Shown here in pieces: positions 17,693 through 27,538 of a DNA stretch of 64,000 bases. The DNA is from a bacterium (GTDB lineage: Bacteria > Patescibacteriota > Minisyncoccia > UBA6257 > 2-01-FULL-56-20): NCBI GenBank assembly GCA_027310965.1, contig DAICZW010000001.1, positions 37,236 through 101,235 of the forward strand, read 5' to 3'. The notes below the pieces were generated by a model. That model ran no database searches and was not told the origin of the DNA. It was given only the letters and a program-made list of their open reading frames with translations. The first letter of the stretch is position 1. Each line of letters begins with the position of its first letter. The position numbers and the translations under genes were made by a program.

Positions 17693-19159
17693 ATGGTAGG
17701 AAAGGACGCACAAGTTGAGCCAAAAAACGTAAAGGTGTTTATTGTTGACCGATCTCTTTTGCTTCACGATCCGAAATCCATCCTGAGTTTTCAGGACAAT
17801 ATTGTTGTTGTTCCGGCTTCTGTCCTTGATGAACTTATAAACGGCGGAAACGGAGCGGCGGCATATGCCCAGCAAGCCATCAGGATTCTCGATTCATTAT
17901 GCGAGAAAGAAAGCGATCTTTATCATGGCGTGAAAACGGCTTCGGGAGGACTTATTCTTGTGGATCATCATGGATATGTTCCGCGCCGTTTTTCTTTGCC
18001 GGATGATGCGCCTTACAGTTCCATTATCAGCATTGCGTTGAAATGGACGCTGAGGGAGGAATGGACGCGGAAGGTGAAAGCCCGCGGCAGCGAGCATGAT
18101 ATCGTCACGGTGTTCTCAAAAAATTTTCACATCACGGCCGTATCTATCGTCACAAAGGATGTTAAGCTTCGGGTCAAAGCTCACGGATATGACGTCTCTT
18201 CGGAAGATTACCTAAAGGGCAGGGTCGTTGAGCCGGATAGCCATCTTTACTCCGGCATTATCCATATCCCGATCGATAAGGGAGATTTCGGTGACGTGAG
18301 CCGGTTGATTTGTAATGGAGGCGGCCTTCGCGAAGATCTTAAAAAAATGGTTTCGATTCCCCGCGTTATTCCGAATCAATGTTGCGTTTTTTCTGCGGGC
18401 GACGAGGAACGCCTTTCCATTTACAAAGAAAGCGAGGGCACCCCTCATTTTATTCACGTTCCAAAGCCAAGACCAAAGCCGAAAGAAAAAGAAGAGAAGC
18501 GCCAGGATATTGAGCCCCGCAACAGAGAGCAGGCGCTCGCTCTTGCCCTTCTTATGGATCCGGCCGTGGAGATTGTGACGCTCGCGGGCGTTGCGGGAAG
18601 CGGGAAGACGCTCATGGCTCTTCTTGCGGGAATCCGTCAGGTAGATAAAAAACTTTATGAACGGATTATCGTCTATCGTTCCAACGTCGAGATCGGGCAG
18701 CCACTGGGTTTTTTACCCGGTTCTCTTGACGAGAAATTTGCTCCATGGAAACGTCCGATTCATGATCTCCTGCGCCTTTTCCCAAGGAACAGCGAACCGG
18801 AAGTTTCAAAGAAGAAGAGATCGTCCGATCCAAAAGACCCTCTTTTGGGAAGGAATATCGAAATTGAACCGATCAATTTCATCCAAGGGAGGACGCTTTA
18901 TAAAACGTATGTCATCGTAGACGAAACCCAAAATTTCCGCCCCGCGGACTTGAAAAAAATGATCACCCGCGTCGGGGAAGGCACGAAGATCGTCTTAACC
19001 GGCGACATCGACCAGGTCGAGAATTCTTATCTCGACGCGATGTCGAACGGATTGACCTACGTCATCGAGAAAATGAAAGGCCAGCCGCTTTTCGGCCACG
19101 TTACGTTCCCTCGGAGCGTGCGCAGTAAACTTGCAGAGATTGCCGCGACGGTTCTGTAG
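17693..19159 (+). CDS. PhoH-like ATPase with an N-terminal PIN domain (YlaK/PhoH2 family)
   Basis: N-terminal PIN (VFIVDRSLLLHD...VVVPASVLDEL), Walker A LAGVAGSGKTLMAL, and a PhoH C-terminal region. Confidence 0.85.
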   Translation: MVGKDAQVEPKNVKVFIVDRSLLLHDPKSILSFQDNIVVVPASVLDELINGGNGAAAYAQQAIRILDSLCEKESDLYHGVKTASGGLILVDHHGYVPRRFSLPDDAPYSSIISIALKWTLREEWTRKVKARGSEHDIVTVFSKNFHITAVSIVTKDVKLRVKAHGYDVSSEDYLKGRVVEPDSHLYSGIIHIPIDKGDFGDVSRLICNGGGLREDLKKMVSIPRVIPNQCCVFSAGDEERLSIYKESEGTPHFIHVPKPRPKPKEKEEKRQDIEPRNREQALALALLMDPAVEIVTLAGVAGSGKTLMALLAGIRQVDKKLYERIIVYRSNVEIGQPLGFLPGSLDEKFAPWKRPIHDLLRLFPRNSEPEVSKKKRSSDPKDPLLGRNIEIEPINFIQGRTLYKTYVIVDETQNFRPADLKKMITRVGEGTKIVLTGDIDQVENSYLDAMSNGLTYVIEKMKGQPLFGHVTFPRSVRSKLAEIAATVL

Positions 19160-19171
19160 CTCTTTTTGTTC

Positions 19172-19208
19172 AAACGGCTCCCTATTTCACGGAGCCGTTT
19201 TTTTTATC
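19172..19208 (+). terminator. Rho-independent terminator after PIN-PhoH
   Basis: AAACGGCTCCctatttcacGGAGCCGTTTTTTTT. Confidence 0.7.
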
Positions 19209-19272
19209 CGTTTTTATTAAGAAAGCGCAGGATTAATTTTCGTATTTTTTCTTCGTGTGATATTATAGAGCA

Positions 19273-20553
19273 ATGCTGGATATCAAGTTCATCAGGGAAA
19301 ATCCCGATATTATAAAAGACGTTGCGGTGAAAAAGGGTATCGACCCGGCTCTTGTCGACGCGCTGCTTGAGGCCGATAAAACGAGGCGGGAGCTCATCCA
19401 GTCCGCGGAAGCGATCCGCGCCGAGCAGAAAAAGACCAAGGACCGCGAAGAGGGGATGCAGTTAAAAGAAAAGTTCAAGCAGCTTTATGAAGAAGCGCGT
19501 TTTGCCGGCATCGAGAGGAAATTCGACGAGTTGATGGCGCTTATACCGAATATTATTTCGCCGGATACACCGATCGGGAAAAGCGAGAAGGACAACGTCG
19601 AAGTTTACCATTGGGGCGCGCCGAAAAAATTCGATTTCGAACCGAAGGATCATGTCGCGCTTGGACAAGCGCTCGATATCCTGGATTTTGAAAAAGGCGC
19701 GAAGGTCGCCGGATTCCGCGGGTACTATATAAAAAACGACGGTGTGCTGCTCGCGATGGGTATTATGATGTATGCGGTGCATATGATGGTCGAGAAGGGA
19801 TATGCGCCGATGATTCCGCCGACGCTTGTCCGAAGTTCCGCTCTTTTCGGGTCGGGATATTTCAAAGGGCTTGAATACGATCCCGGGGTTGATGAAATCT
19901 ACCAGATCGCCACTCCCGATAAAGAATCGACCGGCGAAGCGAGTAAGGATAAAAAATTTCTCGTGGGCACCGCCGAGCCGTCGCTTTTGGCATATTATTC
20001 CGACGAGGTTTTGAAAGAGGAAGACCTGCCGATAAAAACATGCGGTTACAGCCAGTGCTACCGGAGTGAGATCGGGAGTTACGGCAAAGAGCTGAAAGGT
20101 ATGTACCGCGTGCATGAATTCATGAAAGTGGAACAGGTGGTGGTTGCCCCCGCCGACATCGAAAAAGCGAACGCGCTGCAGGACGAGATGACGGGCATTT
20201 CGGGCGCAATGCACGAGGAGCTCGGATTGCCGTACCGGCGCCTGCAGATTTGTTCGGGCGACATGAGCGCGGGGAAATATCGCGCGTTCGATCTTGAGGC
20301 GTGGCTTCCCGGAATGAACCGGTGGGCGGAGACGGGTTCCGCGAGCGATTTTTTGGACTGGCAGGCGCGGAGGCTGAACGTGAAGTATGTCGATAAAAAC
20401 GGTGAGAAAAAATATGCCTATTTATTGAATAATACCGCGCTGCCCAGCCCGCGCATTTTCATCGCTATCCTTGAAAACTACCAGATGAAAGACGGCACAA
20501 TAGAAGTGCCGGAAGTGTTGCAAAAATATGTCGGGAAAAAGGTGATCGGATAG
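19273..20553 (+). CDS. serS: Serine--tRNA ligase
   Basis: MLDIKFIRENPDIIKDVAVKKGID coiled-coil N-terminus and class-II motifs (FRSE, GSGYFKGLE). Confidence 0.95.
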   Translation: MLDIKFIRENPDIIKDVAVKKGIDPALVDALLEADKTRRELIQSAEAIRAEQKKTKDREEGMQLKEKFKQLYEEARFAGIERKFDELMALIPNIISPDTPIGKSEKDNVEVYHWGAPKKFDFEPKDHVALGQALDILDFEKGAKVAGFRGYYIKNDGVLLAMGIMMYAVHMMVEKGYAPMIPPTLVRSSALFGSGYFKGLEYDPGVDEIYQIATPDKESTGEASKDKKFLVGTAEPSLLAYYSDEVLKEEDLPIKTCGYSQCYRSEIGSYGKELKGMYRVHEFMKVEQVVVAPADIEKANALQDEMTGISGAMHEELGLPYRRLQICSGDMSAGKYRAFDLEAWLPGMNRWAETGSASDFLDWQARRLNVKYVDKNGEKKYAYLLNNTALPSPRIFIAILENYQMKDGTIEVPEVLQKYVGKKVIG

Positions 20554-20628
20554 CAACGGAAGGCGTATGGTAGTGTTTAGGCGTTCCCGTACCGCGTCGC
20601 GGCGCGGCGGTGCGTAGAATCCTGTTCC

Positions 20629-20880
20629 AAAAGCAGGCCAGCGGGATTATGGAAATTTCCGAGCGAGCAACGCGGACACCGCACGAGGAATGCCGCGGGG
20701 TATTCCGAGGAGGGAATCGCGGTTCGCAGCCGTCGGCAGCGATGAGAAAATGAATGCGCGGACGCATCCATTTTCTCAGAGCGAACCGGCGGATGAAACA
20801 GGGTTTCATAAAATTTCCATACAACCCGCGGACTTTGCCTGAAAAGCTGCTTTTGAGACGGGTTCTCATCATGGCAATGC
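20629..20880. mobile_element. MITE-like repeat element, copy 2 (internal modules permuted relative to copy 1)
   Basis: Contains the AAAAGCAGGCCAGCGGG module, the GAGCGAGC...TCCGAGGAGGGAATCGCGG module, the long GAGAAAATGAATGCG/CGCATCCATTTTCTC hairpin, and the terminal CTTTTGAGACGGGTTCTC. Confidence 0.6.
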
Positions 20881-20905
20881 CGCACCATTAAAACATAACA
20901 AAATT

Positions 20906-21778
20906 ATGGAAGTCGGCGATTATATTTCGGCGTCGCAAAAAAAGCGCAAACAGCGGCGTAAATATATCGTGATTGCGTTGTCCGTTATTGCGGCGTGCTT
21001 TGTCGTTTTCGGTTCTTACTGGATCGTTTTCAAGTCGCCGGTTTTTAGGATAAAAAATATCGACGTACGGGGAAACACAACGGTTGCGAGCGATACCATT
21101 ATTGCGCTCGTCCGCTCCTCCGCTTTTTCGAAAAATAATTTTACAGCATTATTGCTTGGGACGGGGAACATGCTTGCATGGCCGGATGCGATTCCGGCGA
21201 ACGTTATCGCGTCCGTTCCGAGCCTCGTCGGCGTGGACATAAAAAAGGATTATATGGCGCGCACGATTACGATAACGGTTGCGGAACGAAAACCGTTCGC
21301 CGTGTGGTGTTTTATGCCGAAAGGATCGGCCGCTGATGCGAATACCGGCGGCACGGCGACGGGAACGATGGTAATGGCCATGGAAACAAACGAACAATGC
21401 TCCTGGTTTGACGAAAGCGGGATCATGTTCGAGGACGGGTTTGATTCCGAAGGGAGCGTCGTCATGGCGGTGCATGATTATTCGCAGAGTAGCGCGCCCC
21501 TCGGCGCCGCCATTTTACCCGCTCGCTTCGTTCCCAATCTTATCTCAATCATAAAAGTGCTTCGCGCGAGCGGATTGAACGTGAAAGAGGTGCGGCTGAA
21601 CGATATCGGTCTCGAAGAAATCCAGGCGACGACCTATGACGGTCCGGATATTTATTTCAGTTTGCGTTTTCCCGCCGATGATGACTTGCCGGTTATTCAG
21701 AGCTTGATGGCCGATCCGGGATTCAAGAATTTGCAGTATCTTGATTTCAGGACCGAAGACAGGGCGTATTATAAATAA
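20906..21778 (+). CDS. FtsQ/DivIB-type cell-division protein (POTRA domain)
   Basis: Basic cytoplasmic tail, one TM helix, then FRIKNIDVRGNTTVASDTIIALV, typical of the FtsQ POTRA start. Confidence 0.5.
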   Translation: MEVGDYISASQKKRKQRRKYIVIALSVIAACFVVFGSYWIVFKSPVFRIKNIDVRGNTTVASDTIIALVRSSAFSKNNFTALLLGTGNMLAWPDAIPANVIASVPSLVGVDIKKDYMARTITITVAERKPFAVWCFMPKGSAADANTGGTATGTMVMAMETNEQCSWFDESGIMFEDGFDSEGSVVMAVHDYSQSSAPLGAAILPARFVPNLISIIKVLRASGLNVKEVRLNDIGLEEIQATTYDGPDIYFSLRFPADDDLPVIQSLMADPGFKNLQYLDFRTEDRAYYK

Positions 21779-21924
21779 AAAATTTACAGAGCAAGCATTT
21801 CCTCCGTTCATTTAATCGGAGGAAAGATAAGCAAAACATAAGTTTAAAAAATATCATCCGCTTCCGCGCGTCAATTGGAATCATTTTTATACGCGGAAAA
21901 AATAGAGCCCGTATCTAAAGAATA

Positions 21925-21963
21925 AAAAAAACAGCTTGGAACCCGGGCTGTTTTTTATTTTTT
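21925..21963 (+). terminator. Rho-independent terminator
   Basis: AAAACAGCttggaacccggGCTGTTTTTTATTTTTTT. Confidence 0.5.
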
Positions 21964-22032
21964 TCTTTGCGATAAAACTGAATATATTACCGCATTTCGC
22001 GCGTAAAAAATAAAAATATTGAAATACTGATC

Positions 22033-22062
22033 GTTTCGATAAAAGTATTTTATGGAGAAAAA
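22033..22062. promoter_or_regulatory. 13-4-13 palindromic operator-like motif, copy 3 (ACTGATCGTTTCGATAAAAGT half-degenerate)
   Basis: Same GTTTCGATAAAAGT arm as at 1797 and 9262. Confidence 0.4.
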
Positions 22063-22199
22063 AATAAGCGAAGTGGAGACCTCTTTATTTTGTTTTGTGG
22101 ATATGCTGTGCATATCTCGAAGGTTTTTAAGTAGGTTATTTCAAAAAACATAGATAAATCAACACTTATAACACCGCCCGAATTTTTGAGCGGCATATT

Positions 22200-22227
22200 T
22201 TGACATTGTAACAGAGTGGACTATTAT
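22200..22227 (+). promoter_or_regulatory. Putative mraZ promoter
   Basis: TTGACA, 16 nt, TATTAT. Confidence 0.55.
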
Positions 22228-22236
22228 TAAATGAAA

Positions 22237-22260
22237 GTGGCGCGAAGTGGAGGGTTGTGG
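22237..22260 (+). promoter_or_regulatory. Putative MraZ operator: three GTGG direct repeats at exact 10-bp spacing just downstream of the -10 element
   Basis: GTGGcgcgaaGTGGagggttGTGG. MraZ is known to bind spaced GTGG(G) direct repeats in its own promoter region. Confidence 0.5.
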
Positions 22261-22406
22261 ATAATTCTGGGTATAAGTGCCACTTTCTGTGCAGAAGTGA
22301 CGGGGGTGCTCATCCTGTCATCACGGATAAACGTTTGAAGCATCATGTTTTTCGGGGTGACAAAAAAACCAATCGCTCATAACTAATCCTTAATCGTTTC
22401 ACTATC

Positions 22407-22838
22407 ATGTTACTTGGAGAATACAGACACAATTTAGATAGCAAAGGTCGGATGGCGATGCCGGCGAAATTCCGCGATGCATTAGTTGCCGGCGCCATTA
22501 TTACGCGCGGAATCGATAACTGTCTTTTTGTTTTTACGAATGCGGATTGGGATGCGCTCGCGAAAAAGCTGGTTGCGCTTCCGCTCGCGCAGGCGAACGC
22601 GCGCGCGTTCGCGCGGCTCATGCTTGCCGGCGCAACGGACGTCGCGCTCGACAGCCAGGGACGGATACTCATTCCCGATTATCTCAGGAAATATGCCGGC
22701 CTTAAAAAAGAGATTGTCGTGGCGGGATTATATAATCGCATTGAAATATGGGACGATGCGGCGTGGCAATCCTACAAGACGAAGACGGAAAATTCCTCGG
22801 AGGCGATTGCGGAAAAATTAGGCGAATTGGGAATTTAG
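22407..22838 (+). CDS. mraZ: Transcriptional regulator MraZ
   Basis: MLLGEYRHNLDSKGRMAMPAKFRDAL and a second DxxxR repeat half. Confidence 0.9.
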   Translation: MLLGEYRHNLDSKGRMAMPAKFRDALVAGAIITRGIDNCLFVFTNADWDALAKKLVALPLAQANARAFARLMLAGATDVALDSQGRILIPDYLRKYAGLKKEIVVAGLYNRIEIWDDAAWQSYKTKTENSSEAIAEKLGELGI

Positions 22839-22972
22839 TTTTCTCTGTCGTCCCCGCGGAGGCGAGGGTCCACGCTTTGGGAATTATAGACTGAAAGCAT
22901 TGATCCTCTTTTTCAGGAGGGCGATTTCTTCAAGAGGGCGATGGACGGGAAGCGCGGATTTAAAATTTTTTT

Positions 22973-23860
22973 ATGTCTCATATCCCTGTTCTTTTACAAG
23001 AAGTGATGGCATTGCTTGATCCGAAACCGGGCGATTGCATCATTGACGGCACGGTCGACGGCGGCGGGCACGCGGAAGCGGTCCTTGCGAAGATCATGCC
23101 GGGCGGAAGATTCATCGGGCTGGACTTTGACGAAAATATGCTCGCGGCATGCAAGGTGCGTATCGGCAGCCGTGAGAATGTTTCATTGCTGCACGGCAAT
23201 TATGCCGATTTACCGGAGATCATCGAAGAGAAAAAAATCGGAAAAGCGGACGGACTGCTGCTCGATCTCGGATTTTCTTCCGAACAGCTCGCGCAGTCGG
23301 GAAGGGGATTCAGCTTCGGGGAGTCATCGGCGGGCGAGCCGCTGCTCATGACGTACGATGATTCGCGGAAGCCGGTACGGGAGATCCTCCGTGCCATGCC
23401 CGAGAAAGAGATTGCGGACATCATTTTTGAATTCGGCGGAGAGCGTTTTTCGAGAAGAGTCGCGCGGGCGATTGCGGAACGCGAAAAACGAAAACCGATC
23501 ATGTTTGTGGGAGAGCTTGCGGAAACGGTGCGGAACGCCCTGCCGCGGGGATATGAACGGGGGAGAATCGATCCGGCGACGCGGACGTTCCAGGCGTTGC
23601 GGATCTACGCAAACGACGAGCTGGGAAATCTCGAACGCGTTTGCGGCGGTTTGGAAAAGATCCTGAAGCCCGGCGGTCGTGCGGTCGTCATCAGTTTCCA
23701 TTCGATCGAAGACCGCATTGTGAAGGCGGCATTCCGGAAATTGGCGAAAGAAAACAAAGCCGCGATCCTTACGAAAAAACCGCTCACCGCTTCCAGGGAG
23801 GAAATAAAGAAAAACCCGCGGAGCCGTTCGGCAAAACTAAGGGCAATCAGGATGATGTAA
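22973..23860 (+). CDS. rsmH: 16S rRNA (cytosine1402-N4)-methyltransferase RsmH
   Basis: HIPVLLQEVMALLDPKPGDCIIDGTVDGGGHA and DLGFSSEQL motifs. Confidence 0.9.
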   Translation: MSHIPVLLQEVMALLDPKPGDCIIDGTVDGGGHAEAVLAKIMPGGRFIGLDFDENMLAACKVRIGSRENVSLLHGNYADLPEIIEEKKIGKADGLLLDLGFSSEQLAQSGRGFSFGESSAGEPLLMTYDDSRKPVREILRAMPEKEIADIIFEFGGERFSRRVARAIAEREKRKPIMFVGELAETVRNALPRGYERGRIDPATRTFQALRIYANDELGNLERVCGGLEKILKPGGRAVVISFHSIEDRIVKAAFRKLAKENKAAILTKKPLTASREEIKKNPRSRSAKLRAIRMM

Positions 23861-23974
23861 TGATGCAGTGTTTTAAATGAAAATTTTCAACATTACAACA
23901 ATAGAACACTGGATCATTTTTACTATTTCGCCGCAACATTACCATTACAACCTTATAACAATTACAACGCATCT

Positions 23975-24280
23975 ATGACTTATATCCAACCCAACAAGAA
24001 CAACAGCCTTTGGAATGGCCTTATCGCCGTATTGGGTATCGCGGCGCTCGGCGGGATATTTTTCCTCGTGACGCTTTACAACAGTACGGTGAACCTGAGC
24101 CATAACATTGCCGCCGTAAAGACGGAACTTGATGCCGTGAGCGCGCAAGATACCGGCCTTAACAACACCATTATCGCGGCGCTCGACGGTAATAAGGTTG
24201 CGGCGTTCGCCCAAGCGAACGGTTTGGTGGAAGAAAAAAATCCGCAATATTTCTCAACGGGGCTATCCGAAAACCTTTAA
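23975..24280 (+). CDS. FtsL-like small bitopic cell-division protein
   Basis: 101 aa with one TM helix (LIAVLGIAALGGIFFLVTLY) then a short coiled-coil region. In the dcw context sits between rsmH and ftsI. Confidence 0.5.
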   Translation: MTYIQPNKNNSLWNGLIAVLGIAALGGIFFLVTLYNSTVNLSHNIAAVKTELDAVSAQDTGLNNTIIAALDGNKVAAFAQANGLVEEKNPQYFSTGLSENL

Positions 24281-24331
24281 AATCAATCCGCGGCAAAAAC
24301 GAATTTCCGGGCAATTTTTCAACGATAAAAA

Positions 24332-25999
24332 ATGGCGCGCTTCTCAATATTGATCGGAGTATTTTTTCTCGCTTATGCCGTCCTGCTTTTCCGCCTTTAT
24401 AACCTGGAGCTGGTGAAGGGCGGCTATTACACCGCGCGCGCCGCGTCAGAGATGCTGTCATCGACGGATGCGGGTGCAAATCGCGGCGCCATTTATTTGA
24501 CGGACGAGAACGGCGGCATACTCCCGGCGGCTATCAATGAAAATTTTCCGATCATTTATGCCGTGCCGAAGGCGATACTTGATCCGCGGGAAGCGGCGGA
24601 CACGCTGGCGCCGATTTTGAACATGCCGGCGGATTCGCTTTTTAAAATCTTGTCGAAGCCGAATGATTCCTACGAAGCGCTTGTGAGAAAAGCCGACCCT
24701 GCCGTCGCGTCGCAGGTCGAAAATTTGAATATCAAGGGGATTTATACCGATACGGCGTCGGAGCGTTTTTACCCTCTGGGTCCGATTGCGTCGCAGGTTC
24801 TGGGCTATGTCGGACCGAACGCGACGAATGACGGCGAAAGCGGGCGTTACGGCATCGAGGAATTTTATAATAATACGCTGGCGGGTGCGGCATCGGATAC
24901 GAAAGCCATCGCGCAGGGAACCGATATCAACCTGACCATCGATCCGAATATCCAGATCGAGGCGGAAAAAATTCTCGACAATCTGGTTACGGCGAACAAT
25001 GCGTCGGGCGGCAGCGTCATCGTGGAAGATCCTCAGACGGGGAAGATCCTTGCGATGGGAAGCACGCCCGATTTCGATCCGAACAATTACAGCTCGTCGT
25101 CGATCGCGGATTTCTTGAACCCCAACGTGCAGACGGTCTATGAACCGGGTTCGATTATGAAAGTTATCACGATGTCGGCGGGAATAGATTCGGGGAAGAT
25201 CACGCCGGACACAACCTATGACGATAAGGGATACGTGGACGTCAGCAGGGCGCATATCACCAATTACAATCTGACCACGCATGGCGCATATGGTCCGGGC
25301 ACCACCATGACCCAGGTGATCGAGCACTCTATAAATACCGGCGCTATCTGGGCCGAGAACACTACCGGCAACGATATCTTTCTGAGCTATCTTAAAAAAT
25401 TCGGCCTTGACCAGAAAACCGGAATCGATCTGCCCGGAGAGGTGGGCGGCAATCTCAGCCAGCTTACTCCAAGAGCGCCTGCGGTCGATTGGGACACCGC
25501 CGCTTACGGGCAGGGAGTTGCCGTTTCTCCCATTGAGCTTGTGAGCGCGGTTTCCGCCATTGCGGACAAGGGGATATTGATGCGCCCCTATCTTAATGCA
25601 GGATTGCAGCCGCAGGAGATACGCCGGGTGATAAGCACGAACACGGCGGAGCAGGTGACGCAGATGATGGTCGATGCCGTCGATCTCGCTCAGGTTGCCA
25701 ATATCAACGGTTATGCTATGGCAGGGAAAACGGGCAGCGCGTTCATTCCTAACCCTGCCGGCGGCGGATACTTGAACGAATTGACCGATTCATATATCGG
25801 TTTCGGCCCTGCGTCCAATCCGCGTTTTGTAGCATTTATCAGATTGAACACCATACCCGTTACGTCGCTTGCGGCGGAAACCGTGGTTCCGGCATGGGAA
25901 CAGCTTGCCCAGTATATCGTGAATTATTACAACATTCCTCCGGACCGGACGACGCGCGACGTAATACCAAACTGCCGCGACCTCATATGCGGACAATAA
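24332..25999 (+). CDS. ftsI: Penicillin-binding protein 2 / FtsI-type D,D-transpeptidase
   Basis: N-terminal TM anchor, SxxK (GSIMK), SxN (HSINTG) and KTGS motifs. Confidence 0.85.
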   Translation: MARFSILIGVFFLAYAVLLFRLYNLELVKGGYYTARAASEMLSSTDAGANRGAIYLTDENGGILPAAINENFPIIYAVPKAILDPREAADTLAPILNMPADSLFKILSKPNDSYEALVRKADPAVASQVENLNIKGIYTDTASERFYPLGPIASQVLGYVGPNATNDGESGRYGIEEFYNNTLAGAASDTKAIAQGTDINLTIDPNIQIEAEKILDNLVTANNASGGSVIVEDPQTGKILAMGSTPDFDPNNYSSSSIADFLNPNVQTVYEPGSIMKVITMSAGIDSGKITPDTTYDDKGYVDVSRAHITNYNLTTHGAYGPGTTMTQVIEHSINTGAIWAENTTGNDIFLSYLKKFGLDQKTGIDLPGEVGGNLSQLTPRAPAVDWDTAAYGQGVAVSPIELVSAVSAIADKGILMRPYLNAGLQPQEIRRVISTNTAEQVTQMMVDAVDLAQVANINGYAMAGKTGSAFIPNPAGGGYLNELTDSYIGFGPASNPRFVAFIRLNTIPVTSLAAETVVPAWEQLAQYIVNYYNIPPDRTTRDVIPNCRDLICGQ

Positions 26000-26209
26000 G
26001 GACCCGGCGGCGCGTTTCAAAAATAAATTAGGACATACGCATTTTAAAAAAATCATAAGAAAAATTTTTTCTGTCATCATCCGGCCAAGCCGGACAATGA
26101 CAGGGGGAAATGTCTCGTACTCGGCGCAAGCGCGTACGTCTTAAGATGGAAGCGGGAAAATCATAGTGGTGCGGCGCCGAAAAAAATATATTTATCTCCG
26201 TTATCGAAA

Positions 26210-27538
26210 ATGAAAAAAATCTTGACCAAAATCCTGCGCGTGAAATTACAGTGGCTTGCCCGCCTCACCATAGCGCGTTATGAACCGAAGATCGTGGGCA
26301 TTACCGGAACCGTCGGGAAGACGTCAACGAAGCGTGCGCTGTCAGCCGTACTGGCGAAACATCACCGGGTGCGCGCATCATCGGGAAATTTGAATAACGA
26401 GTTCGGGCTTTCGCTTGCCATTCTGGGAGATTGGAGCGCGGAGGATCTTTCGCTGGTGAGCCACGGGCAGCCCGTCCGAAAAACCGGCGGTCCGGCGGGC
26501 GAGCGGGACATGGCTGCGGGCGCCGAAAAGATCCGCAGGATTTTTTTCTGGATGAAAGTACTCGCGTTTTCGGCATGGCGGCTTATAAAAAAAACGGATC
26601 GCTATCCGGAAATTTTGATTTTGGAATATGCCGTTGACCGTCCCGGCGACATTAAAAATCTGTTAAAAATCGCGCGGCCGGAAATAAGCGTCATCACCGC
26701 CATCGGCGATATTCCGTCGCATGTCGAATTTTTTTCCGGCGCGGATGAGGTTGCGCGCGAAAAAGGACGGCTTATCGAGTGCCTTCCCGCGGCCGGGTAC
26801 GCGATTCTGAACGGCGACGACGACAGCGTGATGCGTTTGAAAAATCGCACCCGCGCGCGGGTCATGTCCTTCGGTTTCCTCAGGGAAGCGGATGTCCGTA
26901 TGACGAGGTTTGAGAACGTCATCCGCGACGGCGCGCCGCTCGGCATTTCGTTCAAGCTTGAATATCAGAATGCGTTCGTGCCGGTGCGCGTGGCATACGC
27001 GTTCGGGAAAGCGCAGGCGTATGCCGCCGCCGCCGCGGGCGCGGTCGGTATCGCGTTCGGCATGAACCTCGTCGATATTTCCGAAGCGCTCGGGAATTAT
27101 GTTCCGGCGCCGGGGCGCATGCAGCTTTTGCCGGGGGTCAAGGATTCCCTTATTCTCAATGATTGTTATAACGCCAGTCCGCTTTCCATGCATGCGGCGC
27201 TTGATACCTTGCGCGACTTGCCGGCGAAAAGAAAAGTCGCGGTGCTCGGCGATATGCTCGAGATAGGAAAATATACTCCCGAGGCGCATGAATATGTCGG
27301 CGATGCCGCCGCGGAATTTCTTGATGTTCTGGTGACGGTAGGCCCGCGCGCGAAATTTATCGCCGCGGCGGCAAAGGCATCCGGTATGAAAAGCGCGGAT
27401 ATTCTTTCATACGACACCGCCGACGACGCGAAAAAACCAGTGCAGGGTCTCATCCGAAAAGGCGACCTCGTCCTCGTGAAAGGATCCCATTCCATGGCGC
27501 TCGATAAGGTTGTAGAGGAAATAGGGAGCAGTTTGTAA
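26210..27538 (+). CDS. murF: UDP-N-acetylmuramoyl-tripeptide--D-alanyl-D-alanine ligase (MurF-type Mur ligase)
   Basis: GITGTVGKTSTK P-loop and a C-terminal NDCYNASP motif (MurF DDSYNANP type, rather than the MurE/C/D DxAHNP type). Confidence 0.7.
   Translation: MKKILTKILRVKLQWLARLTIARYEPKIVGITGTVGKTSTKRALSAVLAKHHRVRASSGNLNNEFGLSLAILGDWSAEDLSLVSHGQPVRKTGGPAGERDMAAGAEKIRRIFFWMKVLAFSAWRLIKKTDRYPEILILEYAVDRPGDIKNLLKIARPEISVITAIGDIPSHVEFFSGADEVAREKGRLIECLPAAGYAILNGDDDSVMRLKNRTRARVMSFGFLREADVRMTRFENVIRDGAPLGISFKLEYQNAFVPVRVAYAFGKAQAYAAAAAGAVGIAFGMNLVDISEALGNYVPAPGRMQLLPGVKDSLILNDCYNASPLSMHAALDTLRDLPAKRKVAVLGDMLEIGKYTPEAHEYVGDAAAEFLDVLVTVGPRAKFIAAAAKASGMKSADILSYDTADDAKKPVQGLIRKGDLVLVKGSHSMALDKVVEEIGSSL

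Noticed and set aside
20856-20871. TTGAGA-containing MITE-end motif as a -35 promoter element
   Set aside because: The spacing to any -10-like hexamer, and to the downstream tRNA-Asp or ORF starts, is inconsistent between copies. It is better explained as the terminal inverted repeat of the dispersed element.
24458-25327. 289-aa minus-strand ORF
   Set aside because: Antisense to ftsI (SxxK/SxN/KTG present on the plus strand). Arg-rich shadow ORF.
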